From the NCBI GenBank assembly GCA_028286685.1, contig JAQBRA010000006.1:1993-65992 (forward strand): DNA of 64,000 nucleotides. The letters run 5' to 3'. Below are positions 27,845 to 44,050 of the stretch, one piece after another (position 1 is the stretch's first letter; each line of letters starts with the position of its first letter). A program made the translations under genes and the position numbers. Below the pieces are notes generated by a model. It ran no database searches. It saw only the letters and a program-made list of their open reading frames with translations, and was not told the DNA's origin. Source of the DNA: Candidatus Adlerbacteria bacterium (GTDB taxonomy: Bacteria > Patescibacteriota > Minisyncoccia > Phycocordibacterales > SBAW01).

Positions 27845-28924
27845 CTATTCGAAGCTCTCCGGATCGACATCTATCCAGTCCATAAGCATCGTGTTGCGAT
27901 CCAACGTACCCACCAGCAGTTCAAGCTTAAAGTTCTCAAGCAGACCGGGCTCATTCTTCTTTACACGAGCCCAGGCTGCACGAGCCATGCTCATGGCCTT
28001 TTGCCGGCTTACTGCCGCATCAACTCCCGGCTTGCGATACGGAGCCGAGGCGATCAAAGTTGCCCCCTTGGCAGCCAGCTCCGGCTCGCGCTTGAGGTTC
28101 TCGTGGACAATATGGGCTGCTACGGAAACTTCATGGAGCCAGTCGACATTGAAGGTTCCAACAATCAGGGCGTGGTTAACGAGGTGCAGCCAATCAAATC
28201 CACGACCGACCGCAATAGTCGACTCGCGATGGTCGAGCTCGACGATAGGCTTATGCTCCTTTTTTACTTTCTCGACATGGGCGCGATTGCCTACCACCAG
28301 CGGCAGCAAGTCCTCGAGCACCACGTCTTTCATGTCGGGAAACATCAAGCGCAGTTCCCGGCGGAAATCTTCCTCGGAGTAGCCGAGATGTTCAGACACG
28401 TCGAGCGTCTTGCCCTCGCCATGAATAACGAGTGCGTCCTCATCGGTCTCAACACCTACGCAGACCGGGTATACATGCGCATGCGCCTTGCCGTATACCT
28501 CTTCGAAATCTCCGCGCAGCAACTTCGTGCATTTGCATGCTCGCTCGGTATCAAAGCCGAAGCCTTTGCAGCCCCGTTCGCGGCTGCCTTTGGAGAAGTG
28601 GTAGGTATTGATGACGATGCCGTTTGCCTCCCCTTCCTTGATCCGGCGGCCTCGCACATGTTCGTAAAAACCGCGCACATGCGGCGCAAAGCCCGGAGAA
28701 CCGATATCAAACACGGCCCCCATGCTCCGGTACGGGGCGAAGACTCCCATAGGGATCCCCGTAATGACCGGCACATTAACGCGGCCGTCCATGCACTTGG
28801 TGATCATGACGTCAGTCTTGTGCTGGCGCTGATAGTCCTCCCGCTTTTGCACCTGGTCCGGACTTAGGAAGTCCTTACTCTGGCGCTTGTTGTGCTCGAT
28901 GAGGAAATTAGTGTTGTCGTTCAT
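27845..28924 (-). CDS. CsoSCA-like beta-class carbonic anhydrase
   Basis: KCMDGR (C-x-D-x-R) and YHFSKG...RGC zinc-ligand pattern with the long H-to-C spacing typical of CsoSCA. Confidence 0.75.
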   Translation of the reverse strand: MNDNTNFLIEHNKRQSKDFLSPDQVQKREDYQRQHKTDVMITKCMDGRVNVPVITGIPMGVFAPYRSMGAVFDIGSPGFAPHVRGFYEHVRGRRIKEGEANGIVINTYHFSKGSRERGCKGFGFDTERACKCTKLLRGDFEEVYGKAHAHVYPVCVGVETDEDALVIHGEGKTLDVSEHLGYSEEDFRRELRLMFPDMKDVVLEDLLPLVVGNRAHVEKVKKEHKPIVELDHRESTIAVGRGFDWLHLVNHALIVGTFNVDWLHEVSVAAHIVHENLKREPELAAKGATLIASAPYRKPGVDAAVSRQKAMSMARAAWARVKKNEPGLLENFKLELLVGTLDRNTMLMDWIDVDPESFE

Positions 28925-29060
28925 GGTTGTTGTCTTTACCGTGTTCGGGTTGCTGGATACGCATCTTGTACAGGCCAAAGGGGATTTTACTGTACAACCC
29001 TACCGGGCGCAATATACGCCGATACCTGTTTCAGGCATCTGCGCAGAAGTCTATAAATAA

Positions 29061-30296
29061 TTAATAGCTGCGGAGTCTCTTCGCTTTCTCGTGTGTGCGG
29101 ATGCGCTCCAGCGCCTTGGCCTCTATCTGGCGGATGCGCTCGCGGGTAACGCCGAACTTCTTCCCCACCTCCTCGAGCGTGTGGTAGATACCGTCCTCGA
29201 GCCCGTGGCGCAGCTTGAGTATCTCGCGCTCCTTCGGCGAAAGCTCGTCGAGGATCTCCTTGAGCTGGTCGCCCAGGATGCGGCGCGACACCTCCTGGTC
29301 CGGCGAGAGGATCTTGTCGTCTTTTATAAAGTCGCCCAGGACCGACTTGCCGTCGTCGTCGCCATCGGAGCCGACCGGAGACTCCAGGGACACGGTGTCC
29401 TGATCGATCTTCTCGATCTGGTAAATCTTCTCGACATCGACGCCCATTTCCAAGGCGATTTCCTCGGCCAGAGGGTCGCGACCCAAGTCCTGGGAGAGGC
29501 GGCGGCTGACCTGCTTGTACTTGGCGATAGTTTCCACCATGTGGACCGGAATGCGGATGGTGCGGGACTGGTCGGCCAGGGCGCGGGTAATAGCCTGGCG
29601 GATCCACCAGGTGGCGTAGGTAGAAAATTTGAAGCCCTTGGTCCAGTCGAACTTGTCGACTGCCTTAAAGAGACCAATGTTGCCTTCCTGGATGAGGTCC
29701 AAGAGGGTGAGGTCCGGCGAGCGGCCCACGTACTTTTTAGCGATAGAGACTACGAGGCGCAGGTTGGCGCGGGCGAGCAGGTTGCGAGCCTCCTCGTCCC
29801 CGTCCATGATGCGCTTAGCCAAGTCGCGCTCGCTCTGCGCGTTTAAGAGCGGGTACTTGCCTATCTCGCGCAGGTACATCTGGATTGAGTCGAAGGAAGA
29901 GTCCGAGCGGCTGTAGCCTTTTTCAAGCGGCTCCTCGGCGATCTCAAGCAGGCCTCCGCCTTCCAAGACGTCGATGCCCGCAGTAGCGAACTTCTCGTAC
30001 ATCTCCTCCAGGAACATCACGTCATCCTCGACGCTCGGGAATGCCTTGAGGATTTCGTCGTAGGTAACGAAGCCGCGCTGGCGGCCGCGCTCCATAAGAC
30101 CCTCGGCTTTCTTGTTCTGCTCCTCGGCCTTCTTGCCGGACTTAGGGGATGCGGCGCTGGCTTTGGGGGCCTTTTTAACAGCCTTTTTCTTGGGCGCGAG
30201 CTTGGCCCGGCGGGTTGCCGCCGCTTTCTTAAACTGCTTAGCCTTGAGCCCCGCCTTTTTGGGAGGGGCTTTCTTCTTAGCTTTTTTCTTAGCCAT
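29061..30296 (-). CDS. rpoD: Primary sigma factor sigma70
   Basis: [33 protein letters not shown]...TRERIRQIE; Lys/Ala-rich N-terminus. Confidence 0.95.
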   Translation of the reverse strand: MAKKKAKKKAPPKKAGLKAKQFKKAAATRRAKLAPKKKAVKKAPKASAASPKSGKKAEEQNKKAEGLMERGRQRGFVTYDEILKAFPSVEDDVMFLEEMYEKFATAGIDVLEGGGLLEIAEEPLEKGYSRSDSSFDSIQMYLREIGKYPLLNAQSERDLAKRIMDGDEEARNLLARANLRLVVSIAKKYVGRSPDLTLLDLIQEGNIGLFKAVDKFDWTKGFKFSTYATWWIRQAITRALADQSRTIRIPVHMVETIAKYKQVSRRLSQDLGRDPLAEEIALEMGVDVEKIYQIEKIDQDTVSLESPVGSDGDDDGKSVLGDFIKDDKILSPDQEVSRRILGDQLKEILDELSPKEREILKLRHGLEDGIYHTLEEVGKKFGVTRERIRQIEAKALERIRTHEKAKRLRSY

Positions 30297-30317
30297 GGTT
30301 ACTTGGAAAGCATTGTA

Positions 30318-31940
30318 TCACGAAAACTTCATTTTGGCACGGCTTATGGTCCGGGCCAGCTGGGCCAACATGTCCTCTGCCACCTTTTCTATAGTGGTAT
30401 CCTCGTGGACCTCCCGGTCGAAATGGTACCGCAGTTCTTCGGCCAGGGGCTCGAGCCGCTGGTACAGCTCCTCCACCTGCGCCTCGCCGAGCAGCGGCAC
30501 GAGCCGGGCCTTGCCGTCGGGAACGCTGAACAGGAGCATGCCCGCTTTCTTCTCCATCGGCGGGAGTTGAGAGAGCGATGACGCCTCCAATTGTGCTGCT
30601 GCGGGATGAAGCTCGGGTGAAGCGGATTCTGCCGGAAGCGCGGGGCGCTTGGCGACCTCGGCGCGCACGGCCGCCTCGGGGACGCCAAGCTTGTTTGCTA
30701 TAAGGCGGATAAAATGCTCGCGCTCGATAGCGCTTGGCACGGCAGCCACCAAGGGCAGCACCTGAGCCTCGATTATCTTTTGGTACGAGCGAGCATCCTT
30801 AGCGCCGGGTCGGAGCGCTTCCATAAAGAACTCGATTGCGGTTTTGGATGTCCGTATCGCCGCCTTGAGGAGTTCCGGATTCTCGCGCGCCATATCGGCC
30901 GGATCCTGTCCCGCGGGGAAAGCGGGCACTTTGACGTCAAAGCCGGCAGCCATGGCCATGAGCGCCGACTTGAGCCCCGAACGGACGCCGGCGGCATCCC
31001 CGTCCAGAGCCAAGATAAGCCGCTTGGAAATGCGCCCCAGAAGCGAGAGATGCTCGGGGGTAAGCGCGGTGCCCGAGAGCGCTACGGCAAACGAGAGGCC
31101 CGACTGGTGCGCCAGCACCAAGTCAAACTGGCCCTCTACCAAAAGGATGCAATCCGCCTTGCGTATCGCCGTGCGAGCCCGGTCGAGCCCGTAGAGTACG
31201 CGCGATTTCTTAAACAGCGCGGTCTCGGGAGAATTGACGTACTTGGCCGGCTCGCGGTCGTCCTTCTGCCCGGGCACCAGCTCGAAGAACCTGCCGGACA
31301 CCGCCATAGGATGCCCGCCCGCATCAAATATCGGGAACATGATGCGCCCGCGAAAGCGATCGAATATCTCGCCCGGCCGCTTGTCGGACTTAACCGCAAA
31401 GCCGGCGTCGACAATATCATCCTGCTTGAGGCCCAAAGACTGCAGGTATTTGGACAGGGACTCCCAGGTGGCCGGCGCGTAGCCCAAGCGCCACTCCTTT
31501 ATAGTTTCTTCTGTGAGCCCGCGGGTTGTAAGGTACTCCCCCACATCGGCACGCTTTGCTAATTCATCCTGAAAAAATTTAGTCGCCGCCTCGCACACCT
31601 CTCGCAGGCGTTCCTCTTTCTCCTTTTCCTCCGGAGCGGCCCCAGCGCGGGCCGAGCGAGGCTGCAAGGTTATGCCGGCTTTTTCAGCCAGCTGCTTAAG
31701 GGCTGTCGGAAAGTCGACGCCGTCTATCTTTTGAAGGAAAGAAAAGACATCCCCCTTTTCCCCGCAGCCAAAGCAGATGTAGGTCCCGCGCTCAGGGGAC
31801 ACCATAAAGGAAGGCGTGCGCTCGTTGTGGAAGGGGCACTTGCCGTTGAAGTTCCTGCCGGCCCTTTTGAGTTGGACATACTGCCCCACCACCTCGGCGA
31901 TGTTGGTGCGGTCCTTTACCTGCTGTACTTCGGAGTCCAT
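30318..31940 (-). CDS. dnaG: DNA primase
   Basis: CPFH..CFGC zinc finger, AKYVNSPET, TOPRIM VEG..D...DGD. Confidence 0.95.
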   Translation of the reverse strand: MDSEVQQVKDRTNIAEVVGQYVQLKRAGRNFNGKCPFHNERTPSFMVSPERGTYICFGCGEKGDVFSFLQKIDGVDFPTALKQLAEKAGITLQPRSARAGAAPEEKEKEERLREVCEAATKFFQDELAKRADVGEYLTTRGLTEETIKEWRLGYAPATWESLSKYLQSLGLKQDDIVDAGFAVKSDKRPGEIFDRFRGRIMFPIFDAGGHPMAVSGRFFELVPGQKDDREPAKYVNSPETALFKKSRVLYGLDRARTAIRKADCILLVEGQFDLVLAHQSGLSFAVALSGTALTPEHLSLLGRISKRLILALDGDAAGVRSGLKSALMAMAAGFDVKVPAFPAGQDPADMARENPELLKAAIRTSKTAIEFFMEALRPGAKDARSYQKIIEAQVLPLVAAVPSAIEREHFIRLIANKLGVPEAAVRAEVAKRPALPAESASPELHPAAAQLEASSLSQLPPMEKKAGMLLFSVPDGKARLVPLLGEAQVEELYQRLEPLAEELRYHFDREVHEDTTIEKVAEDMLAQLARTISRAKMKFS

Positions 31941-32047
31941 ACGTACCCGTATTCTAGCCGTTTTTGGGTATCCGCGCAGGGGTACTTGACAAGTACTGTA
32001 AATAAAAGTATAAAGAAAATGGAACCTGAAACAAACGGAGAGGAATA

Positions 32048-32278
32048 ATGAACCATTGGAAATCCCCCATCCAAGGCATCTTGATCGCAACAGGAGTCAT
32101 TATCATAAATTATTATGACAAAGGACCCGGTGCTTTGGTCGGAGTCGCTATCGCGACCATCGGTGCAGGGTGGGCTCTGTGGGACTTCTCCCGCAGCATG
32201 GACAAAACTCTGTTGGCAACAGAAGACGCGGCCGCTCGCGAGCTCGCGTTGATGCGCCGCGACGGATTTCCTCACTAG
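32048..32278 (+). CDS. Small 2-TM hypothetical protein
   Basis: GGAGAGG SD, TTGACA..TATAAA promoter, terminator at 32300-32333. Confidence 0.55.
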   Translation: MNHWKSPIQGILIATGVIIINYYDKGPGALVGVAIATIGAGWALWDFSRSMDKTLLATEDAAARELALMRRDGFPH

Positions 32279-32353
32279 ATCCCAGTACAGAGCACGAACA
32301 AGGGCCCGGATTCAATCGAATCCGGGCCCTTTATTCTTTTTATAATTTTATTG

Positions 32354-39205
<6,852 letters not shown>

Positions 39206-39508
39206 AATGATTTTTTTATGAAGCGGGCTTAATAAAGGGACCAGGACGCTTTATTACTCGGGCACAGGAACGAGATTTTTCTGGTAATGGCCATTCGCAC
39301 AAAAACGCTGCCGTCAACGAAGTTATGCACACAGCCAAAACACGAAAAATCGGGGGCGCATAAATCGCTCCCCTGCTTCTTTTATGAAGCTTTAGGTTAT
39401 TCCTACCACACCTATGTTGTATCGAAACCCCCACTCGATACTCAATCTGGCCGCCCTGGCCGCCCTGTTGGTTTCGCTATCTAGTATAGGCCCTTTTGGG
39501 CATGTGTC
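39206..39508 (-). promoter_or_regulatory. rpoBC promoter and ~270-nt structured 5' leader
   Basis: Minus strand TTGACA..TATACT at about 39484-39508, followed by several hairpins. Confidence 0.45.
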
Positions 39509-39580
39509 AAACTACCCTCTCCACAGGCCTTTTAGGGCCAAAATAAAGGCCGCCGGGGGTACCGGCGGCCGAAAAATTCA

Positions 39581-39760
39581 CTACACGGAACTGGAATCAA
39601 CGTTGGACGACCCGTTCAGCTTGGCCCTCAGGTGACTGAGGAACGCTTGGCTGGAGAGCTTCGGATCGGGGTTCTTCCCCACATCCTTCGTCCCGATCTT
39701 TTTGACCCAATAGTCGGAACTGACCTGCGACGCCTCGGCAGCCTCGTGATTCTGTCCCAT
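39581..39760 (-). CDS. 59-aa hypothetical protein
   Basis: AGAGAGG SD before MGQNHEAAE; terminator at 39545-39577. Confidence 0.4.
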   Translation of the reverse strand: MGQNHEAAEASQVSSDYWVKKIGTKDVGKNPDPKLSSQAFLSHLRAKLNGSSNVDSSSV

Positions 39761-39834
39761 AGGCACCTCTCTGTTTACGCACCCAATGGTACGTGAGAAG
39801 CAATGTAGCACGCCATTAAAATCCTTCAAGCAGC

Positions 39835-40482
39835 TTATGCACCCGGGTTGCTGCGCTTCTTCTCCTTCCATTCGTCTATCTTTGCACGATGACCAGAAAG
39901 TAAAATCTTGGGTACCTTATAGTTCTTTCCCTTAACCTTCAAAATTTCGGGGCGGGTATAAATATCGTGGCTCGCTACCCTGCTCTCTTCCAGGCTTTCA
40001 AACTTTCCAAGCACGCCCGGTATCTGGCGGGCCGTCGCATCAATAATAGCCAGGGCCGGCACCTCGCCGCCGGTCAGGATATACGGGCCGACCGAGACTT
40101 CCTCGGCGCGGAGCGCTTTCATGGCGCGCACGTCTATGCCCTCGTACCGGCCGCAAACAATAATGACGTCCTTGTGCTTAGTGAGTGCCTTAGCATACGC
40201 ATTAGTAAGCGGCTTTCCTGCGGCAGAGGTAACCAAAACCTTCATCTTCTTGGCTTTGCGGATCTTTTCCACCGCCTTAATGACCGGCTCGGCGCGCAGC
40301 ACCATGCCGGGGCCGCCGCCGTAGGGCCGCTCGTCCACTTTGCCCCATTTGTTGCCCGCATGGTCGCGCAGCTGGTAGGCCTTAACCTTAAGCAACTTTT
40401 CCTTCTGTGCGCGGCCCAAAATAGACGCCTGTGCGTAGGCGTCTATCACTTCTGGAAATAATGTAACGACGTGGAAGTTCAA
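39835..40482 (-). CDS. trmD: tRNA (guanine-N1)-methyltransferase
   Basis: VDERPYGGGPGMVL, CGRYEGID, YILTGGE, LLSGH. Confidence 0.95.
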   Translation of the reverse strand: MNFHVVTLFPEVIDAYAQASILGRAQKEKLLKVKAYQLRDHAGNKWGKVDERPYGGGPGMVLRAEPVIKAVEKIRKAKKMKVLVTSAAGKPLTNAYAKALTKHKDVIIVCGRYEGIDVRAMKALRAEEVSVGPYILTGGEVPALAIIDATARQIPGVLGKFESLEESRVASHDIYTRPEILKVKGKNYKVPKILLSGHRAKIDEWKEKKRSNPGA

Positions 40483-40483
40483 A

Positions 40484-40858
40484 CTAGAAATTGTCGAGAT
40501 CGCCCATGGCCTCGTCTATCGACTTCATGGCCGGAGTGGCCGGAGCCTCGTGCGAGCCGTCCCAGCCCTGGGCTGCTGTGCCGCCAACGTCCTGGCTGCG
40601 GGTGCCGCCAACCGGCTCGTTGATCTTGAGGTTGACGCGGGCGTTGTGCTTCATGCCGACCACGCGCAAGAGGGTGCGGATAGCCTTGGCGGTGTTGCCG
40701 GAGCGCCCGATAACCTTGCCCATGTCCTCGGCATTAAGATCGAGAGTCAAAAGTACGCCCATCTCGTCGACAACGCGGCTTATCTTTACGTCCTCCGGGT
40801 GCTCAACCAAGCCCTTGATGACAAACTCCAAAAATTCCTGGTCCTTCTCTGTGGCCAT
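40484..40858 (-). CDS. khpA: KH-domain RNA-binding protein
   Basis: DMGKVIGRSGNTAKAIRTLL; located between rpsP and trmD. Confidence 0.9.
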   Translation of the reverse strand: MATEKDQEFLEFVIKGLVEHPEDVKISRVVDEMGVLLTLDLNAEDMGKVIGRSGNTAKAIRTLLRVVGMKHNARVNLKINEPVGGTRSQDVGGTAAQGWDGSHEAPATPAMKSIDEAMGDLDNF

Positions 40859-41001
40859 ATGCGGGATATTTATTTGTATAATTTTCTAAAAATTATATCG
40901 GCGTCGCTCGCTTAAAATCAAAAGCGGACTTTTGTTCTCTCGCTCGCTGGCCGATAAACCTACGCCTTTAGTGTACCAAACGCTTTGAGAGGCAGCCGGG
41001 C

Positions 41002-41460
41002 TTATGCACTCGCCTCGGATTCTGCTGCAGGAGCCTCATCGGCTGCAACCTCGGCTGCGGGAGCTTCTTCGGCAGGAGTCTCTGCGGCCTTCTCTTCGGT
41101 AGCCTCTTGAGCTACTGCCTCTGCGGCAACTACGGGAGCGGCTGCGGCAGCCTCAGCTACAGGAGCTGCAGGCTCCTCAGGCTTGGCCAACACCTTCTTG
41201 GGAAGGACATTGATCTTCTTGCCCTCGATGATCTTCTTGGTGATAAGCAAATTGTGCACCGTGTCGGAAGGGCGCGCACCCTGGGAGATCCAGTGCTTGA
41301 TGCGGTCGGCCTTAAGGTCGATCGTGTCGACGCGCGGGTCGTAGGAGCCTACCATCTCGAGGTAGTTGCCTGCCTGGACCTTGCGCTTGGAGTCGACAAC
41401 GACCACGCGGAAAGACGCGTCCTTTTTCTTGCCTACACGGGTGAGTCGGATTACTAACAT
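41002..41460 (-). CDS. rpsP: 30S ribosomal protein S16 with Ala/Glu-rich tail
   Basis: MLVIRLTRVGKK...GSYDP...GARPSDTV. Confidence 0.95.
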   Translation of the reverse strand: MLVIRLTRVGKKKDASFRVVVVDSKRKVQAGNYLEMVGSYDPRVDTIDLKADRIKHWISQGARPSDTVHNLLITKKIIEGKKINVLPKKVLAKPEEPAAPVAEAAAAAPVVAAEAVAQEATEEKAAETPAEEAPAAEVAADEAPAAESEASA

Positions 41461-41549
41461 TGTTTAAAAATGACCGCTCCAGACGGTGTGTAGGTACTTT
41501 AGCAGGCCCCTGGCTTTTGGTCAACAAATACGCTAATATACGGGTATTA

Positions 41550-43559
41550 ATGCCTCAGGGAAGTAACAGCGGCCCTCAACAAAAGGAGCCTCGCAAGACC
41601 GTTTCAGGAATAGTCCAAGTCACTCGAAAAGGAGTGGGCTATTTGCCGTGGCCCTTGGCCGATGGCGTCGTAGCAGTTAAAGGCGCGCCTAAAGAAAAGG
41701 AGGACATAGAGATAGACACCCGCGACTTGGGCGGGGCGCTCAACGGCGACGAGGTAGAGGTGGAACTAAGAGGATTCATACAGCCGCGCGCATTCCGCGG
41801 CCAAGCAGCCAAGCCAGCCCATGCGACCGGCACGGTCGTGCGCGTCATCTCACGCGTTAAAACGGAATTTGTCGCGACCATTAAGGACGGTAAAGCACTA
41901 GCCGCTGACCAGAAGTTTTACCGACCCATGACCCTTACCGCTCCGTCTGAGGAGGGCGCCAAGGTTATCGTTAAGCTGGTCTCCTTTGACGGCAAGACCG
42001 ACCCCGTAGGCGAAGTCATAGAGGTCATAGGAAAGGCGGGCGAGCACCGCACCGAGATGAACGCCATTGTTATGGAGAAGGGCTTCCGTACCGACTTTCC
42101 ACCCGAGGCCGAGGCGGAGGCGGAGGACTATGAGCGCCGCCACCTGGAAATTATCGCCTCCGAGCTCCCCCATCGGGCCGACCACCGCGGTTTGGTGGTG
42201 ATGACTATCGACCCCAAGGACGCCAAGGACTTCGACGACGCACTTTCCATACAAGAGCTCCCCGACGGCACCTACGAGGTGGGCATCCATATCGCCGACG
42301 CCAGCTACTACTGCGCCCCGGGCACCGCAATCGACAAGGAAGCGCGCAAGCGCGGCACCTCGGTATACCTGGTGGATGCGACCATTCCCATGCTCCCGCA
42401 CCAGATATCGGGCGGCGTAGCATCGCTGAAGGCCGACGAGGACCGCCTGGCCTTTACCGCGATGTTTATTCTGGACAAGAACGCGAAGGTTGTAAGCCGC
42501 CGGTTTGAAAAATCGGTGATCCGCTCCAAGAAGCGCTTTACCTACGAGGAGGCGCAGGAGGTTTTAGACAAGCAGGAGGGGCCCTACCTCGCCGAGCTCA
42601 ATATGCTCTTTGGCCTCGCCAAGCAGATGCGCTCGCAGCGCCAGGCAGAAGGAGCTATCGACTTTGGCGACAACGAGGTCAGGTTCGAGCTCGATCCCGT
42701 AACCGGAGTGCCCCTGCGCGTCATACGCAAGGTCCGCATCGATACCAACTGGCTTATCGAGGAGTTCATGCTCCTGGCTAACCGGGAGGTGGCCGCGCAT
42801 GTCTTCAAGCTTGCCGCCGATGCGCCCGAAAAGAGGTACGCATTCTTGTACCGCATCCACGACGAGCCGAAAGCTGACCGCATTTCAGAGCTCCAGACCT
42901 TTGTGCGCGCCATCGGCTACGAGTTCGGCCGGGAAAAGAAGCCCATCAACGCCAAGGACATTCAAAACCTGCTGGAGCAGATTAAGGGCAAGCCCGAAGA
43001 GCACCTGATACGCACCGCAACCTTGCGCTCTATGGCTAAGGCCATTTACACCACGAAAAATATCGGGCACTTCGGCCTGGCGTTTCAGTACTACACGCAC
43101 TTTACGTCCCCCATCCGCCGCTACCCGGACATGCTCGTGCATCGCATACTCAGCAGCCACCATGGCGGAGAGAAGATAAGCCGCGAGGAGTACGAGGGGC
43201 TTGAGATGAGCTGCATACTCGCTTCCGAGCAGGAGGCCAAGGCAGTCGACGCCGAGCGCGAGTCCATCCGCTACAAGCAGGTGGAGTTCATGATTCCGAA
43301 AATTGGCCAGATATTCGACGGCGTCATATCGGGCGTTACCGACTGGGGCCTGTATGTCGAGGAAAAGGAGTCCGCAGCCGAGGGCCTGGTGCGCGTGCGT
43401 TCCATAGGCGATGATTTTTATAACTACTCGCAGAAGGAGTACTCGCTCGTAGGCGAGCGCTCCAAACAAAAATACACGCTGGGTAACCCCGTGCGTGTAA
43501 AGCTGGTGAATGCGGATCTTGCGACCCGCACGCTCGACTTCGAGCTGGTTCGCGCTTAG
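41550..43559 (+). CDS. rnr: Ribonuclease R
   Basis: TIDPKDAKDFDDA, YTHFTSPIRRYPD, C-terminal S1. Confidence 0.92.
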   Translation: MPQGSNSGPQQKEPRKTVSGIVQVTRKGVGYLPWPLADGVVAVKGAPKEKEDIEIDTRDLGGALNGDEVEVELRGFIQPRAFRGQAAKPAHATGTVVRVISRVKTEFVATIKDGKALAADQKFYRPMTLTAPSEEGAKVIVKLVSFDGKTDPVGEVIEVIGKAGEHRTEMNAIVMEKGFRTDFPPEAEAEAEDYERRHLEIIASELPHRADHRGLVVMTIDPKDAKDFDDALSIQELPDGTYEVGIHIADASYYCAPGTAIDKEARKRGTSVYLVDATIPMLPHQISGGVASLKADEDRLAFTAMFILDKNAKVVSRRFEKSVIRSKKRFTYEEAQEVLDKQEGPYLAELNMLFGLAKQMRSQRQAEGAIDFGDNEVRFELDPVTGVPLRVIRKVRIDTNWLIEEFMLLANREVAAHVFKLAADAPEKRYAFLYRIHDEPKADRISELQTFVRAIGYEFGREKKPINAKDIQNLLEQIKGKPEEHLIRTATLRSMAKAIYTTKNIGHFGLAFQYYTHFTSPIRRYPDMLVHRILSSHHGGEKISREEYEGLEMSCILASEQEAKAVDAERESIRYKQVEFMIPKIGQIFDGVISGVTDWGLYVEEKESAAEGLVRVRSIGDDFYNYSQKEYSLVGERSKQKYTLGNPVRVKLVNADLATRTLDFELVRA

Positions 43560-43649
43560 TCGCGACCTCGCGGATGCCGATTGTATAAAAACGCCCCCGG
43601 CTTATGGCCGGGGGTTGTCTCAATCAACCGCTGCTTAATTTTGAACTGG

Positions 43650-43997
43650 TCAGGTAGCCCAGCGAGGTTCCCCGAAATTACTACCCTCAACCGGCTTGCT
43701 TCCTGCAGGAACTGGGTCAGGGTAGTTATGCGCCATGAGCTCGCCGCGGCTATACCATCCGGCGAAACTCAAGCACATCTGGACGACAGTCAGGTGACTC
43801 CCCGTCCTGCGCTGTTTAGCCGGATCACGGGCCAAAACCTTGACGTTGTCGCAGGCATAGTGAGCGTGAGCGAGGAGCTCAGCGACCGTAAGCTCCCGAA
43901 AGCTCAAATGTTCGGGTGAACGGGTTTTTGGTATCCCCGCGGCTCGCAGTTTTTCTTCGTACATTTCGATGGTCGAAATGATCTTTTCGGGCGTCAT
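43650..43997 (-). CDS. Hypothetical protein (orphan cassette)
   Basis: TAAGGAGGT SD, TATAGT upstream, terminator at 43588-43617. Confidence 0.6.
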   Translation of the reverse strand: MTPEKIISTIEMYEEKLRAAGIPKTRSPEHLSFRELTVAELLAHAHYACDNVKVLARDPAKQRRTGSHLTVVQMCLSFAGWYSRGELMAHNYPDPVPAGSKPVEGSNFGEPRWAT

Positions 43998-44050
43998 AGA
44001 GCACCTCCTTATGCTTGTCCTTATCTAGCCAGACTATACAAAAAATCAGC

